Assembly: GCF_009914755.1 (NCBI RefSeq)
Contig: NC_060926.1
Source of the DNA: the human T2T-CHM13v2.0 reference genome, Homo sapiens
Length of the DNA stretch: 64,000 bases
Direction: 5' to 3' (one strand)
Shown here: positions 30,590-43,925 of the stretch, one piece after another
Layout: every line of letters starts with the position of its first letter
How positions within the stretch are numbered: position 1 is the stretch's first letter
Program-made: the position numbers and the translations under genes
The notes under the pieces: generated by a model
What the model was told of the DNA's origin: nothing
Database searches by the model: none
What the model saw: only the letters and a program-made list of their open reading frames with translations

Positions 30590-31812
30590 TGCTGTCTCTT
30601 CTTTCTCCTCCTAAGCAGCTGTCTTAGTCTCCTGAATTTTGATGTTCTACTTAACACCCTCATGTTCTTACGCATGTTGCCCTGCTGGAGGCGTCCTTCT
30701 CTTTGGGAAGCCTGACCCACCAACAGTGCCTCAGGAGATAGACATGGAAGCTTAGCCGGTGGGGGCCTCTCATCTCTCTCCCACCTCAGTTGCAGGGGAG
30801 GGGTTGGTTGCAGCTGCAGTGGTGGCCCCGACAGTTTTCTTTTGCGGGACCTGTGGCCGGCAGCTCTGGGTGGAGAAGACCTACTTGATCCAAGAGCTGC
30901 AGGATCCTTGGGCTGCATGTCCTCCCCCACCGTCAGCAAGCCTGGAGAGCTGGGCAGGTGGTCTTTACCCAGCACCTTCAAGGCCGCCTTCTCTGGCCAC
31001 AGGGAGCAGCCCGGAACTGGGGCAGGGAGCACTGTTGGAAGTGGGTCAGGCTTCCCAAAGGGAAGGATGCCTCCAGCAGGGCTGTGTGAACTGGCGACTC
31101 CATGGCCCTTGGAGTAGAAACTCACTGCATGCACCTGGGCCTTGTCAGTCTGGTTGTTTTCTGTCAAGCTCTTGAGGTGGACATTTCCCTCCAAGGGCCT
31201 GGGATTGTACCAGGAGGAAGTGAGGTTTCCCTGAGTCTCCAGGGGCCTAGAGGTGGAGGCTGCTTCCCCATTGCTACAGGGGCCCCTTTTATTGTCCTCC
31301 TGCTCCTGGGTCTGTACCTGGTCTTTCACCTCCGTTGCTTCTTTGGGCTCTTCTGCCCTCACCTCCATTTTCGGGAGCCTGGCTGGGATCACCTGCTCAT
31401 CTAATGAAGGAAGTTGAAGGTTAAACTTGCCTCTGAGACGAGGGATCCTCACGGGGCTGAGGTATCCAAACATCCTGGAGTTGCGAGCAGACAGCACGGG
31501 TTTCTTCCTTGAGGGGGGGCTCCAGACAACAGGAGGCAGGACCCTCTGTGGGGTGCCCGTGTTCCAAGGGATAAGACACAGCCTCATAAGGGTGCCGTCC
31601 CACCTGCCTGGAAAAGAAGGCCCAAGATGTCGCTGACGGTTGAAGAGGAGTGGGAAACAGCCAAAGAGTCCTGGGGCAGGCACAGGTGCAGGAGCCGCGG
31701 GGTGAGCCCGGCCAGCTGGGAAGGCCTCACGGACAAGACGAGCAGGTTGCCGATGGCATGGCCAGGACCTGCGGCGGAACCAGGAACAAAATACGCTTAG
31801 TGAGTTGTCCAT
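30562..31812 (-). CDS. Intact intronless 416-aa NPAP1-related ORF (POM121-derived retrogene family; UPF0607-like, 341 aa from the ATG at 31587); expression unknown
   Basis: Colinear with the recalled NPAP1 N-terminus (MDNSLS~MGNLLS, VRIP, NGEAASTSR, PLEGNV, GKPDP, GCSL, RKRKLS, PPPAKLPCLS); ATG in aaaATGg context; stop codon lies inside the Alu. Confidence 0.65.
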
Positions 31813-33207
31813 TTTGAGCGAGTTGTGCACAGACGAAACTAAGGGTCAGAAGCGGAGAGGATACTCCTAAGTCACCCACTTCTCTGTGGCTGGGTGCACA
31901 CTGGGCATCTGGGAGTTTATGACATCACCATGGGGCTGGTGACAGAGCCAGGGTGTGGAGGAGTGCTTAGGAGCCCAGCGAGGGTGCCTGCAAGAGGAGT
32001 CAGAGGGCAAAGGGTGAGACCCTTCCACCGGTCCAGCTGGACTCTAGCCTCAGGGACGTCCTGCTCCTGGGGGCAGGTGTGTGGCCCTGGATGGGCCCCC
32101 CGTGGGGCTGTTGGGGGTGTGGGGCTGATCCGCCAGAGCCCTTCTGCCTGGCGCCTGGCCCAGGTGCTGGCTGGCACCCAGTGGCCCTGTCTTGGCCGGC
32201 CCCGTCCCCCGGGTTACAGGGCCAGAACCTGGAAGCAGAGCGCAGGACCAGCCAGATCCCGCCAGGCTCCCCCGGGGCCTCTCCAGTGCCTCTGTGCCGC
32301 CTGGAGCCAGGCCCGCCTTCTCCATGGCTGCTGTGGCCTCAAGGGCCACCAGCCTCGCTCCGCAGGTTTCCAAAGAGAGGACGCGGTGCCCTGACCTGAC
32401 TGGATGCACCTCTTACCACATGCCTCCCTGGCAGGCAGGGTCTCCACTTTTTACAAATTTGCCTGAGACCATTCCTCAGGTCATTCAGGTGGTCATGGCC
32501 CAGCCAGGCTTTGAACCCGGGCTGTGCGATTCCACAGCTGGCGCTCTGGCCTGTGTGCCTCATGATCATGGATACAGCATCTATTCTTATTTTTTCCTGT
32601 AGTCCTGGGGTACTTAGCACCATGGCATATCTGTAATAAGCACATGCACACCTCGAAGGAGGTCTTCACTTCAACATACAAGTTGACCATGGCATGCTCT
32701 GGGCTCCAGTCCTCTACAAAGATGTAGGGCAGGAACTACCAGTTGTCAGCACAGCACCATCCCACATTGCTCTTCTAATGGAGCCTTTCACCCCAGATGT
32801 TCTTTCTCGTCTGATGGGAAGGATCCAAGTATGTAAAGATTATGTTCTAGATCAGCTTTGGTCTGTCCTAAAAGAAATTTGCCAGTGGATTATTCCATAT
32901 GGATAAAAGTCAGTTTCTCTGGTCTTCCTGGAATGTGTCTAGAAAGCAAATACATTATTTACAAGTTCATAGTAGATCAATGTATTGGATTAAAATATGA
33001 TAAACATAATTTGGTTGTTGTGAGCATGCCAGCTTGGTCAACTATTCACCACACACATGATGCCCTAAATATAACTCTAGGTTTTCTTATGCCCAAGAGA
33101 GGGACATACTCTTGGGTGTCTGGACTAGGGAAACATGTATGAAAAACCATTTGGCCACTCTACATCTTGTTATTGGAGAATTGAAACCATCTATATTCAA
33201 AGATATT

Positions 33208-33213
33208 ATTAAA
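33208..33213 (+). terminator. ATTAAA polyadenylation signal of the retrocopied transcript
   Basis: 12 nt upstream of the A tract; lies in sequence resembling antisense L1M ORF2. Confidence 0.7.
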
Positions 33214-35134
33214 AGGCAAGAAGTTAAAAAAAAATTTTCAGACTGGAAAAAAAAGGGAGGACCACTTGACTCTGGTCATAATTTGGCACCTCCATTCTGA
33301 AAACCTGACTTCTCTTATTCCATTGGTTGTTCTCAGATTGCATTTAACCACCATTTTCTTGCTAAGTGTGATGAGAAAAACAAATTGATGGGATAATTCT
33401 TAAGAGCCTATTGTAGGATCACTTCTGGGCTGACAGTATTTCTAGACCTTCTTTCCTCTTTCAATTTTTGCTAACTCACTAGGATGGTTTGGCTGAAATA
33501 CGCATTCTGTAACACTGGGTACTTAAAGAAAATGAGGACTATTTATTGGAAGTACTTAAAAAGAGAGAGAAAGATAGAGATGGCCCCAGGACAGAAAGTT
33601 CAGGCATGCTTCCTCTCTAGCGAGAGGTAGCTTATGATGACAGTTTTCATGATCCTTGTAGTCCCATGGCTGAGCTCTGTGGATCCCTGTCTTAGTCTCA
33701 GGTAAAACCAAAGGAAGAGGATTGGTCATGGAAGACTGTGCACCGAAATGATTGAAATGCCAACATCTACCTTAGAGGTTAGTCTTCGAATATATTCTCC
33801 TCACTCCTACCCTCTCTCCCAGAGAGAGGAACCAGCTTCTCACTGGAGCCTGTCTTCCAGCTACAGAAGTGGGGCCTGGTCGCTATACACTCAGTTCCTT
33901 TGCTTTACTTATGGAGGCAAGCTTAATAAATGAAAACAAAATGTTTTCTGGCTCACATATATTTTCCATAAAACTTATTAAAACAAAATTTGTTTTGTAT
34001 AAACTTTGAGCCCTTATGTACTCTATTCTCTGAACTCTGAACATGTCAATTGACGTTGCCTTTTTTCAAGAGAAATTATTGTGTTCAGAAGAAAATCTGT
34101 AGTATACGTGTTTTCCTCTGTTTATCCCAACCCATAAGGTTTGATAATCACAAGAAAAACTTTGAGAAACATCTTAATTGATAGATTATAGAGAGGAGCA
34201 GATCCAAGATATTCAAGCTATTTGTGAGGTTTTGATGACATCAAGGGAGTATTACAACCAGGTCCGAGGAATGCCCAAGTTCTATTTGGCCAGTTGCTTT
34301 TCCTTCCCTTCCTTGTGAGGAAGATTTACCTCTTCTAGCACAGGAAAAATAAGGCTTAAATTTTCATGATCCTTTATGCAGGGCTCTCTGGTAAAGCTGA
34401 GCCAGAGAATATGACTTAGACTGAAAATCCCAGCAGAGCCTTTCCAAACCCCACCCTCCATCCCTGCCCAGTTTGAGTCTGAACACTGAACCTTTAGAAC
34501 AGCTAGTCCTAAAGGGATAGCTGTAGTGCAGAGCAGGTGAGAGAGAAAACAAGAGGCTAGGTTCACCTATCTATTCTAATGGCAGGAGGTTGCCAGCTAC
34601 AAAAAACTAACAACAGTTTGGCCAGGCCTACATTTGGATCAATCTACTTGGAAAGAATTACATTCTCTTAGGGAAAAGTAGGAGAATCAGTGGAGAGAAG
34701 GGACAAAAATCACTTATGCCCAACTAGACCTTGTTTCTGAGATTCTGATTCATTTGGTGTGTGGAGCCTGTGCATCAGTGGTATCTTAAACTCTCCCAAT
34801 TTTAGTGTCCCTTCAAAATTAAGAGCTACTGTTGTATCATCATTGAACACCTCAGAGGAAACTGAGGCCCAAGGTCACATTGTTAGGAAACTTGGCTTCA
34901 AATGTAGGTATTTTCATTTTGGGTATAATGAATTTTTCTACCATACGTATTAGACTATGTAAAGAGTTTTGTGACTGTAGTAACTTCTCTTCATAAGACA
35001 GTTGTCAGAAATAGTCTATATTTTTCATCAGTTCTTGTATGTCTTTCTACAACTCCTTCCCAGTTATGTGACTTTCTAATTTAGATGTGAAAATGAGGGT
35101 ACTTGAATTGATTAACTTTAGTGAAAAGGATGGT

Positions 35135-35663
35135 TGCCATGGTTTGAGTGTTTTTATCTCTAAAGATTTATGTTGAAACTTAATCCTCAGAGCAACAGTA
35201 TTGGGAGGTGGGCCTAATGGGAGGCTGTTTAGGTTATGAGGGCTCTGTGCTCATGAATGGATAATGCTGCTATAAAAAGGGATTGTGAAGCTGGATGCAG
35301 TGACATGCACCTGTAGTCCCAGCTACTTGGGAGGCTGAAGCAGGAGGACTGCTTAAGCCCAGGAGTTTAAGGCCAGCCTGGGTGACGTAAGGAGACCTCA
35401 TCTCTAAAAAAAAGGTCGGGGGCTTGGCTTGTAGAAGTGGGTTTACACTCTTTCACTCTTCTGCCATATAAGGGCACAGCATTCATCCTTTCATGCCCTT
35501 CCACCTTCCCTCATGTAAGAATGCAGTAAGGAGCCTCACACCAGATGCTGGTGCCTTGATCTTGGACTTCCCAGACCCCACAACTGTGAGATAATAAATT
35601 TCTGTTCTTTATAAATTTTCAAGTTTGTGATATTCTGTTATCACAGCTACAAAACAGACTATG
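35135..35663 (+). mobile_element. MaLR (MST-type) solo LTR containing an Alu monomer (FLAM-like, ~35290-35413)
   Basis: tgccatggtttgagtg start; cttggacttcccagacc...aataaatttctgttctttataaatt...cagacta end; Alu left-arm monomer with A tail inside. Confidence 0.8.
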
Positions 35664-35776
35664 TATTTCCTTTATAATCTATATTATATTATAATCTAAT
35701 GAGAACTCTTGTAAATGACAGAAGGAAGCCTAACTGAAACAACATAAGCGAAAATAGTATGGTAAAGTGTTTTAAC

Positions 35777-36230
35777 TGTCTATTGCTGTGAAACAAGCTA
35801 CTCCAACTCTTAGTGGCTTAACACAACATGATCATGTCAGTGATTATGATTATATTCTGCCTTATAATTGTGTGGGTTGGCTGGGGTCAGCTGGGCAATT
35901 CTTTTATGACATGTTTTTGGTGTCAGCTGGGCTTCATTCAGCTGAGAACTCAGCTGAAGATGAAGCATCTGTGATAGCTTTACTCGTGTGAATGGTGCCT
36001 CAGCAAAGGTTGATGGAATGGCTGGGGGCTGGCTGGGCCCACCTCCCTCCCTGTACCATGAAGTAGCCTAGACTGAGCATCTTCACCTGACATCTGGGCC
36101 CCAAGAGAGTGATGTCAAAGCTGTTAGATCTTTTAAGGCCTAGAACTGGAATTGTAATTTTTGCTGAATTCTTTTGGTCAGAGCAAGTTACCAGGTCTCA
36201 TAGGGTGAAGACAGCAGTGTGACCAGTTCA
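35777..36230 (-). mobile_element. Old MLT1-type LTR
   Basis: tattgctgtgaaacaagctactccaactcttagtggcttaacacaaca and gctggggtcagctgggcaattct motifs. Confidence 0.6.
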
Positions 36231-39229
36231 TAGAGAAGGGCCCTTGAAATGTTTTCAGTCACAGAGGTAATCCTGGCAGCTCACTAGAGGAGAGATTGGA
36301 AAAGAACAAGATAAAAGACTTGGAGGTAAGGGAAGAGATTGTGGCATTAACAAAGTGAAGAAATAGAGAATCTAAACTAGGGCAGTGACTTTAAGGATGG
36401 TAAGAAGTATTGGATTATAAAAGTATTCAGGAATAAAATTGTAGGACTTCTTGCTTGGATCTGGGGAGAGAGGGCAAGAAGGAGTAAAAAGCTTCTAAAT
36501 TTCTGGCTAGCATGAATAGATGAAATATGTTGGCAGAAACTATGGCAGAGAACTCAGAGGCAGAATGTCAGTTTTGACATTTAGAGTTTGAGGAGCATAG
36601 AACATTGAGAAAGAAATGTCTGGCTATATGAGTTTGAAGCTCAGGAGTGAAGTTGGGGCTAGAGGTTAGGAGTTTTAGTCTTTAGCGTTAGTCAGTGTTA
36701 ATGGGATTGAGACAGGACTTTTAAGGTAATTTGTCACCACAGACATTCTTGCCAGGAGCAGTTTGGAAACAGCAATAAATTACTTGATTTAAATTGTTCT
36801 AGGTGGAAGTTCTTTATCTTGTCCCTTCTAGTACATAACACTCAGATGGTTGAGGGGCAGGGGAATGGCTTGTTTGAGAAGTTAACCGGCTATTTTAATA
36901 GCCTTAATAATACATTCCCACCACCTCCAAACACCCAGGTCACCCTCTACCAGCTCCATGCTCTTCCGTCCCTCAGGTCTCTAACATGTATATTTACATT
37001 GTAGGGGATTTGGCCACTCTATCATGAGTCGCCAGCCTTCCACATTTAGTCCTGCCCATTTTCATCTAATGTAAGAAATAAGCAATGTGGGATGCTTAGG
37101 AAATATAGAGCTCTCTGCCTTTCTCCTACTTCTTCCAAGTACAGAGCAACTTCCATGTTTCCTGTTCCCTCACTCGTCAGTTCAGTGACTTACTCTAGCT
37201 CCTGAGCTTTTTAATTGGCACAGTGCAAATTTATGTCTCAGCAAACTTACAAATTACTGCATGTAATGGATTTTGGGGTCATTTATAAATAATTTAAACC
37301 ATGAATGTTAAATTCTTGAATGCCAAGGGTGTACTATAAATCAATATTTCATGGAGTTCCATAAAGAGCATTATGATTTCCAGCTTTTGTGCCTCTTAAA
37401 ATATATTCGAGAACCCCTGATCCATAGTATTGATATTTGGGACTTTAACATTCCTTTCTCTTTTAGAATAAGTTAACATGTTAAACCTATTCCTTGTGAG
37501 GATTTAAAAATAAAACAAACTCTTCTCTAATTCATGGAAGTAGATGGAGTTGAAATATGATACTATGGATTTTGTTATATTTCATTTTCATTGGCTTATT
37601 TTTTATTTTTAAATGGCAACATAATAGATGCTTATTGTCAAAAATGGAAGTATCAGAAGCATTTGAAGTAAATAATGAAAACCTCCATTTGCCTCATCCT
37701 TCGACCTCATTGCGTTACTAATTTTTTGGTTTGTATCCTTCTAACTCTTTTCATTTGGATTTACACAGATGAATGCACACATAGATATATAAGGAATTTT
37801 TTTTAAAAGCTAAATGGTACCAAGTATGGATATTATTCTTGTTCAGTTAAAAAATATCTTTAGGTGTGTCATTATTATTTTAATGTCTGCATAGTATTTC
37901 ATAGTAAGAATATAATTAATTTATTTAACCACTTCCCTAGCTGTGCTCTTTTTTTTTTTTTTTAATGTGATAAGATATTGAGTGGGATTGTTTCCTTGTC
38001 CCAGAACTGCTGCTAAGGCTCAAAGCTGGGAATAGAAGTACTAATAAAGTATCCCATGTTAAGGGGCCCTCAGCAGTAAGAAACAGCCCTTTCCCTTTAT
38101 GGTTTATTGAAAGGTATGAAAAGCGATTGCCATCCCAACCCCCTAGGCTTGATACAAAGGGAATTGAGAGGCCAAAAGGTTTTAAGGTTAAGAGAAGTGC
38201 AGTGTTTATGGGGGAAATTATTTCTTCCTTTTCTAAAATCAAGAGAAGAGGGGCATTCTAAGATAATTACTTGTGGAGCTTGGAAATACCAGCAGGAACA
38301 AGAGATACATTTTATTGAACATCTGTTAGCCAGTGGATTTGCTGATCTGCTCCACTGCTACCTGAAAAAGGAAAAAGAAAACTGGGGAGAACTGACCCAG
38401 GGGGAACTGCCTAGTAGGGAGGTGGGTTAGGATTGCCCAATTCTCACTCGAGAGTTCCAGTTGCTGGTACAGACCAGTTGGTCCTGGAGTTGGGGGGTTG
38501 AGATTGGGGTGTACTTGTGCAGCGTGGGAGCAAAGAGCGTATGTTTTAGAGAGACATGACATGAATGTTGCCAGTGTAGCCAAAGGATTGCTTTCCCCAT
38601 AGGTTATCTGTTACTATACAGGAACCATGATAAGATCTAGGTTCCTTTTTTCAAGGCAGTTAGTCAGTTTGGGTAGCATTTTAATGTACTGTTTCTTAAA
38701 AAATGAAATATCTTCTTAAGAAATTTAAGCTATTGAATATTAGGTCATGTAAAACCAGCTCTTTTTCAGATGGCATCCAGCATACATGAGTCTTTAGTTA
38801 TAAGTGGAAGCAAACATTGATGTGTATCTGGTATGTTGTTATCACATCCTAGAAATGGTTACCAGGAGAACTGGGGTATATCTGAGCATTGTTTCTACTC
38901 CACGGGAAGTATAAGTAATTAAGGGGTCATTTTTAACAGAATAAGACCAGGCTTATTGTTTGTGCTGTTGGTAAGTACAAATTATAAAGGTTCTGCAGTG
39001 CTAATGAGAGTATTTATTTGGTTCAAAGCACCTTCAGTTTGGTTAAACTCAAAACTTTATTAAGACAAATTTAAAGGAATCCTATCTTTTTCCAAGTTGG
39101 TCAGAACATAGCTTTATGCAAAATTTTCCGTGAGGGCAAAACAGTTTTGTCATTCAGCTATGGTAAAATCATGATTACATTTAGAGGGCAGAAATAAAGT
39201 ATTGCAGTAGCTTAGAAGAAATTATAAGG

Positions 39230-39529
<300 letters not shown>

Positions 39530-39679
39530 TTATAAGGACCGTGCATGTTAAGAACATGACTCATTGTTGAACAGTGACATTTAAGAGAAGTTAAAGATTC
39601 AAATGAAAGCAAATGTCTTCTCTTATATTTTATTTGTATTTTCTGGTTATTTTTCACTGAATGTTTGACATGATTGTAA

Positions 39680-40033
<354 letters not shown>

Positions 40034-40216
40034 TAAAAATGTTTTAAGTTATTAAACTAAGCGCATAGAAAATAGTGGCATTTAAGAACTTTAAAATGTG
40101 AATCTTGAAGTTTTAAGTTTACATTTTGCATGGATCTTGTAGTTTTGTGCTGTTATGCTCATATCTTTTTAAAAATGTTTCATTTATTTCTGATGTTTTT
40201 CATATTTGTTTTACAG

Positions 40217-40572
40217 GAAATGCCACAATCATTTTCTGCAATCACATTAAGTAACACAGAGATGAATAATATTAAGACTAATGCACAGAGAAACAAACTT
40301 CCAATAGAGGAACTTGGTAAAGTTTCTAAACATAAAATTGCCACTAAAAGAACACCACATAAAGAAGATGAGGCAATGAGCTGTTCTGAAAATTGTTCGA
40401 GTGCCCAGGGCGACTCACTTCAGGATGAGTCTCAAGGGTCTCATTCTGAGTCCAGCTCTAATCCCTCCAATCCTGAAACTTTGCATGCAAAGGCAACTGA
40501 TTCAGTTCTACAAGGTTCTGAAGGAAACAAGGTCAAGAGGACATCCTGCATGTATGGGGCAAACTGCTATAG
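40217..40572 (+). CDS. APLF: APLF coding exon 7 (EMPQSFSAITL...RTSCMYGANCY), first half of PBZ1
   Basis: ttacag acceptor, gtaaaa donor; 356 nt, phase 0 to 2. Confidence 0.96.
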
Positions 40573-41593
40573 GTAAAATGAAATTACAGTAACATTTAAT
40601 TCCATTATTTTGATAGCGTGTAGCTATGTAGATACATGCTACAGTATATTAAAAACTTAATAAAACCCACTGGCCTAAAGGTTAGGGGCTTTATCGTGTT
40701 TCTACTATTTGTACTTCCTCAGTATATTTTCTAGAAAATCCTTTTAAGGCTTTTAAGATACAGTGGGAGAATTAAATGTTTTATATATAGACATGCTGAC
40801 TAATGTGAGGATCTGAATACTGGGGAATCCAGACATGAAGACTGAATCCCCCAGATCTAAATACCTGTTATTTAGTCTTTTCTTAAATATTAGAGAGATG
40901 GCTTCCTACAGAGTTGTTGTCTACAATATAACTATAATTTTAAGTTGTATTTAGGTGTCTTTTCTTTATATTTTTGTAATGGTGCTTTGAATCATCATGG
41001 TACCCTGTAAAACAACTGAATATAATAATCCTGGATTGATGGGTTGCTCCTATACTTGCTTCATTTATTTACACTGCCCTATATACTCTAATTTCTTATT
41101 TTGAGAATTCAAATTATAATCTCTTAGTTTTAGGCTATACTTTCATCCATAGTGTTTATAGTAACATGTTTATAATTACATAACCCTATTTCAGAAAGAT
41201 TTCTTGCCATTCCAACTTGCCAAACCAAATATCCTAGCAATCCTTTCCAGTAGTTTGTCTTCTGTGTCAATAAGACACTAGTCAGCATGTATACATATAA
41301 AACATTCAGTTCCCCCCACTGTATCTTAAAAGCCTATAGCAGGATTTTCTAGAAGATAGATATCTTTATTGCAATAGTATATTTTAATATATTCTGTTAA
41401 TTTCACATTCATATTCTCTTTAAAAGGTATTGCCATTTTAGCACTTGAATAACTCATATTTTAAAATTTGAATAGTTCTGATTTATGCTTTTTGAAACAT
41501 TTTTGTATATATGCAATGGCTTTAGTTCCACATCTGGACCATAATGTAAAAACTTGCAGAATGGAAGTATATATACCTTCTGTTACCTTGGAT

Positions 41594-41977
41594 TGTATTA
41601 GTTTGCCAGGGCTGCCATAACAAAATACCAGATTGGGTGCTTAAAAAACAGAAATGTATTTTCCCATAGTTCTGGAGGCTGGAAGCCCTAGATCATGGTG
41701 TCAGCAAGTTTGTTTTCTCCTGAGACCTCTTTTCTTGGCTTGCAGACTGCCACTTTCTCACTGTGTCTTCACATAGCCTGTTCTCTGTACATGTACCTTC
41801 CTGGTCTCTTTTCCACATCTTGTAAGGACACCAGTTATATTAGGTTGGGCCCCACCCTTATGACCTCGTTTAACCTTAATCATCTTTTTAAAGCCCCTAT
41901 CTCCAAATTAGTCACACTGGAAATTAGGGCTTCAACATATGAATTTTGGGAGGTGGGGAACAATGCACTTCATAACA
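41594..41977 (-). mobile_element. MLT1A/B-type MaLR LTR
   Basis: tgtattagtttgccagggctgccataacaaaatacca ... cataaca. Confidence 0.8.
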
Positions 41978-42346
41978 CAATTTAAAAGAGAAAATTCATA
42001 ATGGTCATCTCAATAGAGAAAAGTCATATGATAAAATTCAACATCCCATTTATGAAAAAAATTCTTAATTATATAAGAATAGAAAAGACTTCTTCAGTTT
42101 AATCAAGAATATCTACAGAAACCAACAGCTAACTTCATACTTAATGGTGAAAGATTAGAGTTTCTCCCATGATGTTGGGAACTAACCAGTATGTCTGCTA
42201 TCACCACTCCTATTCAACATTGCAGTAGAGATCATAGCCAGTACACTAAGGCAAAAAAAAGAAATAACATGTAGAGTAGAAAGGAAAAAATAAAACTGTA
42301 ATTATTTACAGGTGACATGATTGTATAATTTTGAAAATTCAGAATC

Positions 42347-43020
42347 TTTTTCTTATTATACTCTGAGTTCTGGAATACATGTGCAGAACGTGCAGGTTTG
42401 TTATATAGGTATACATGTGCCATGGTTTTCTGTACCCATCAACCCATCATCTAGGTTTTAAGCCCCACATGCATTAGGTATTTCTCCTAATGCTATCCCT
42501 CCCCTTGCCCCCACCCCTCAACAGGCACCAGTATGTGATGTTCCCCTCCCTGTGTCCATGTGTTCTCATTGTTCAACTCCCACTTATGAGTGAGAACATG
42601 CAGTGTTTGGTTTCCTGTTCTTGTGTTAGTTGGCTGAGAATGATGGTTTCTAGCTTCATCCATGTCCCTGCAAAGGACATGAAGTCATTGTTTTTTATGG
42701 CTGCATAATATTCCATGGTGTATATGTGCCACATTTTCTTTATCCAATGTATCATTGATGGGCATTTGGGTTGGTTCCAAGTCTTTGCTATTGTGAATAG
42801 TGCTGCCATAAACATACATTAGCATGTATCTTTATGGTAGAATGATTTATATTCCTTTAGGTATATACCCAGTAATGGGATTACTGGGTCAAAAGATATT
42901 TCTGGTTCTAGGTCCTTGTGGAATTGTCACGCTATCTTCCACAATGGTTGAACTAATTTACATTCCCACCAACAGTGTAAAAGTGTTCCTATTTCTCCAC
43001 ATCCTCTCTAGCACCTGTTG
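42347..43020 (-). mobile_element. L1PA7/8-like 3' end inserted in an older + strand L1M (~41980-46220)
   Basis: Antisense L1PA 3' UTR; ORF 42573-42815 is the ORF2p C-terminus. Confidence 0.88.
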
Positions 43021-43925
43021 CAAGAATCAATATTGTAAAGATATATATTTCCTCAAAATCGCTCTGTAAGTTTAAAGCAGTCTTTATCAGAATCCCAATA
43101 GGGTGTATGTGCATGCGTGTGTGTGTGTGTGTATGTGTGTGTATGTGTGTAAGTTGACAAACTGACTTTATAGAGGAATAGCAAAGGACGTAGAACTCTG
43201 AATACAATCTTCAAGTGCAAACTTGAAAGACTTACATGACCAGATAGAAAGCCTTATTATAAAGCTACCATATATAATGCAGTTTAATATTGGTGCAAGG
43301 ATAGATAAACAGTAATCAGTGCAAGAGATTAAAGAGTTCAAAACCAAACCTACATGTCTGTGTTTATGACAAAGGTACCACTGAAGATCTGTGGGTTAAG
43401 CATGAACTTTCAATGAGTGGTGTTTGGTAATTGGATATTCATATGAAAAGATAATGAATCTTAACTCCTGCCTTATACCTATCACAAAATAAATCTCAGA
43501 TAGATTTTTGTAAAACATATAAAGTACAGGTAGCAGAGGATAACATAGAATATATTCATGACATTGGGCAAAGATTTCTTAAGCATGTTATAAAATGAAG
43601 TAATCATAATCATGTTATCCAGTTGATCAGTTGGACAAAATTAAAATTAAAATTACCCTTTATGTTATATTTAAATATAATATTAGAAGGGTGAAAAGGC
43701 AAGGCACAAAGTAGATGAGGATATTTGTTATACATATGTCAAAGAACTTGTATCAAAAATAAATAACTAGCAACCAATAAGAAAATGACAACTCAGTTAA
43801 GAAAAAAAAATGAGCAAAAGGCACTGCACAAAAGAGAACAGTGAAATGGCCAATAAGCATACAAGAAAGGTTTAATGCTTGTTAGTCATGTAGGGAAACA
43901 CATTTTAAAAGATAATACTACAGAT

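Noticed and set aside
31813-31830. ORF-track start of the 422-aa ORF
   Set aside because: It is a GTG; the first ATG is at 31812 and corresponds to the NPAP1 start
31894-32906. Several 65-166 aa ORFs on both strands upstream of the NPAP1-like ORF
   Set aside because: Expected by chance in GC-rich DNA; no recognisable homology; part overlaps a MIR-like remnant (~32440-32550)
40130-40216. Hydrophobic N-terminal extension of the 148-aa ORF over exon 7
   Set aside because: Translation of the intronic polypyrimidine tract upstream of the acceptor
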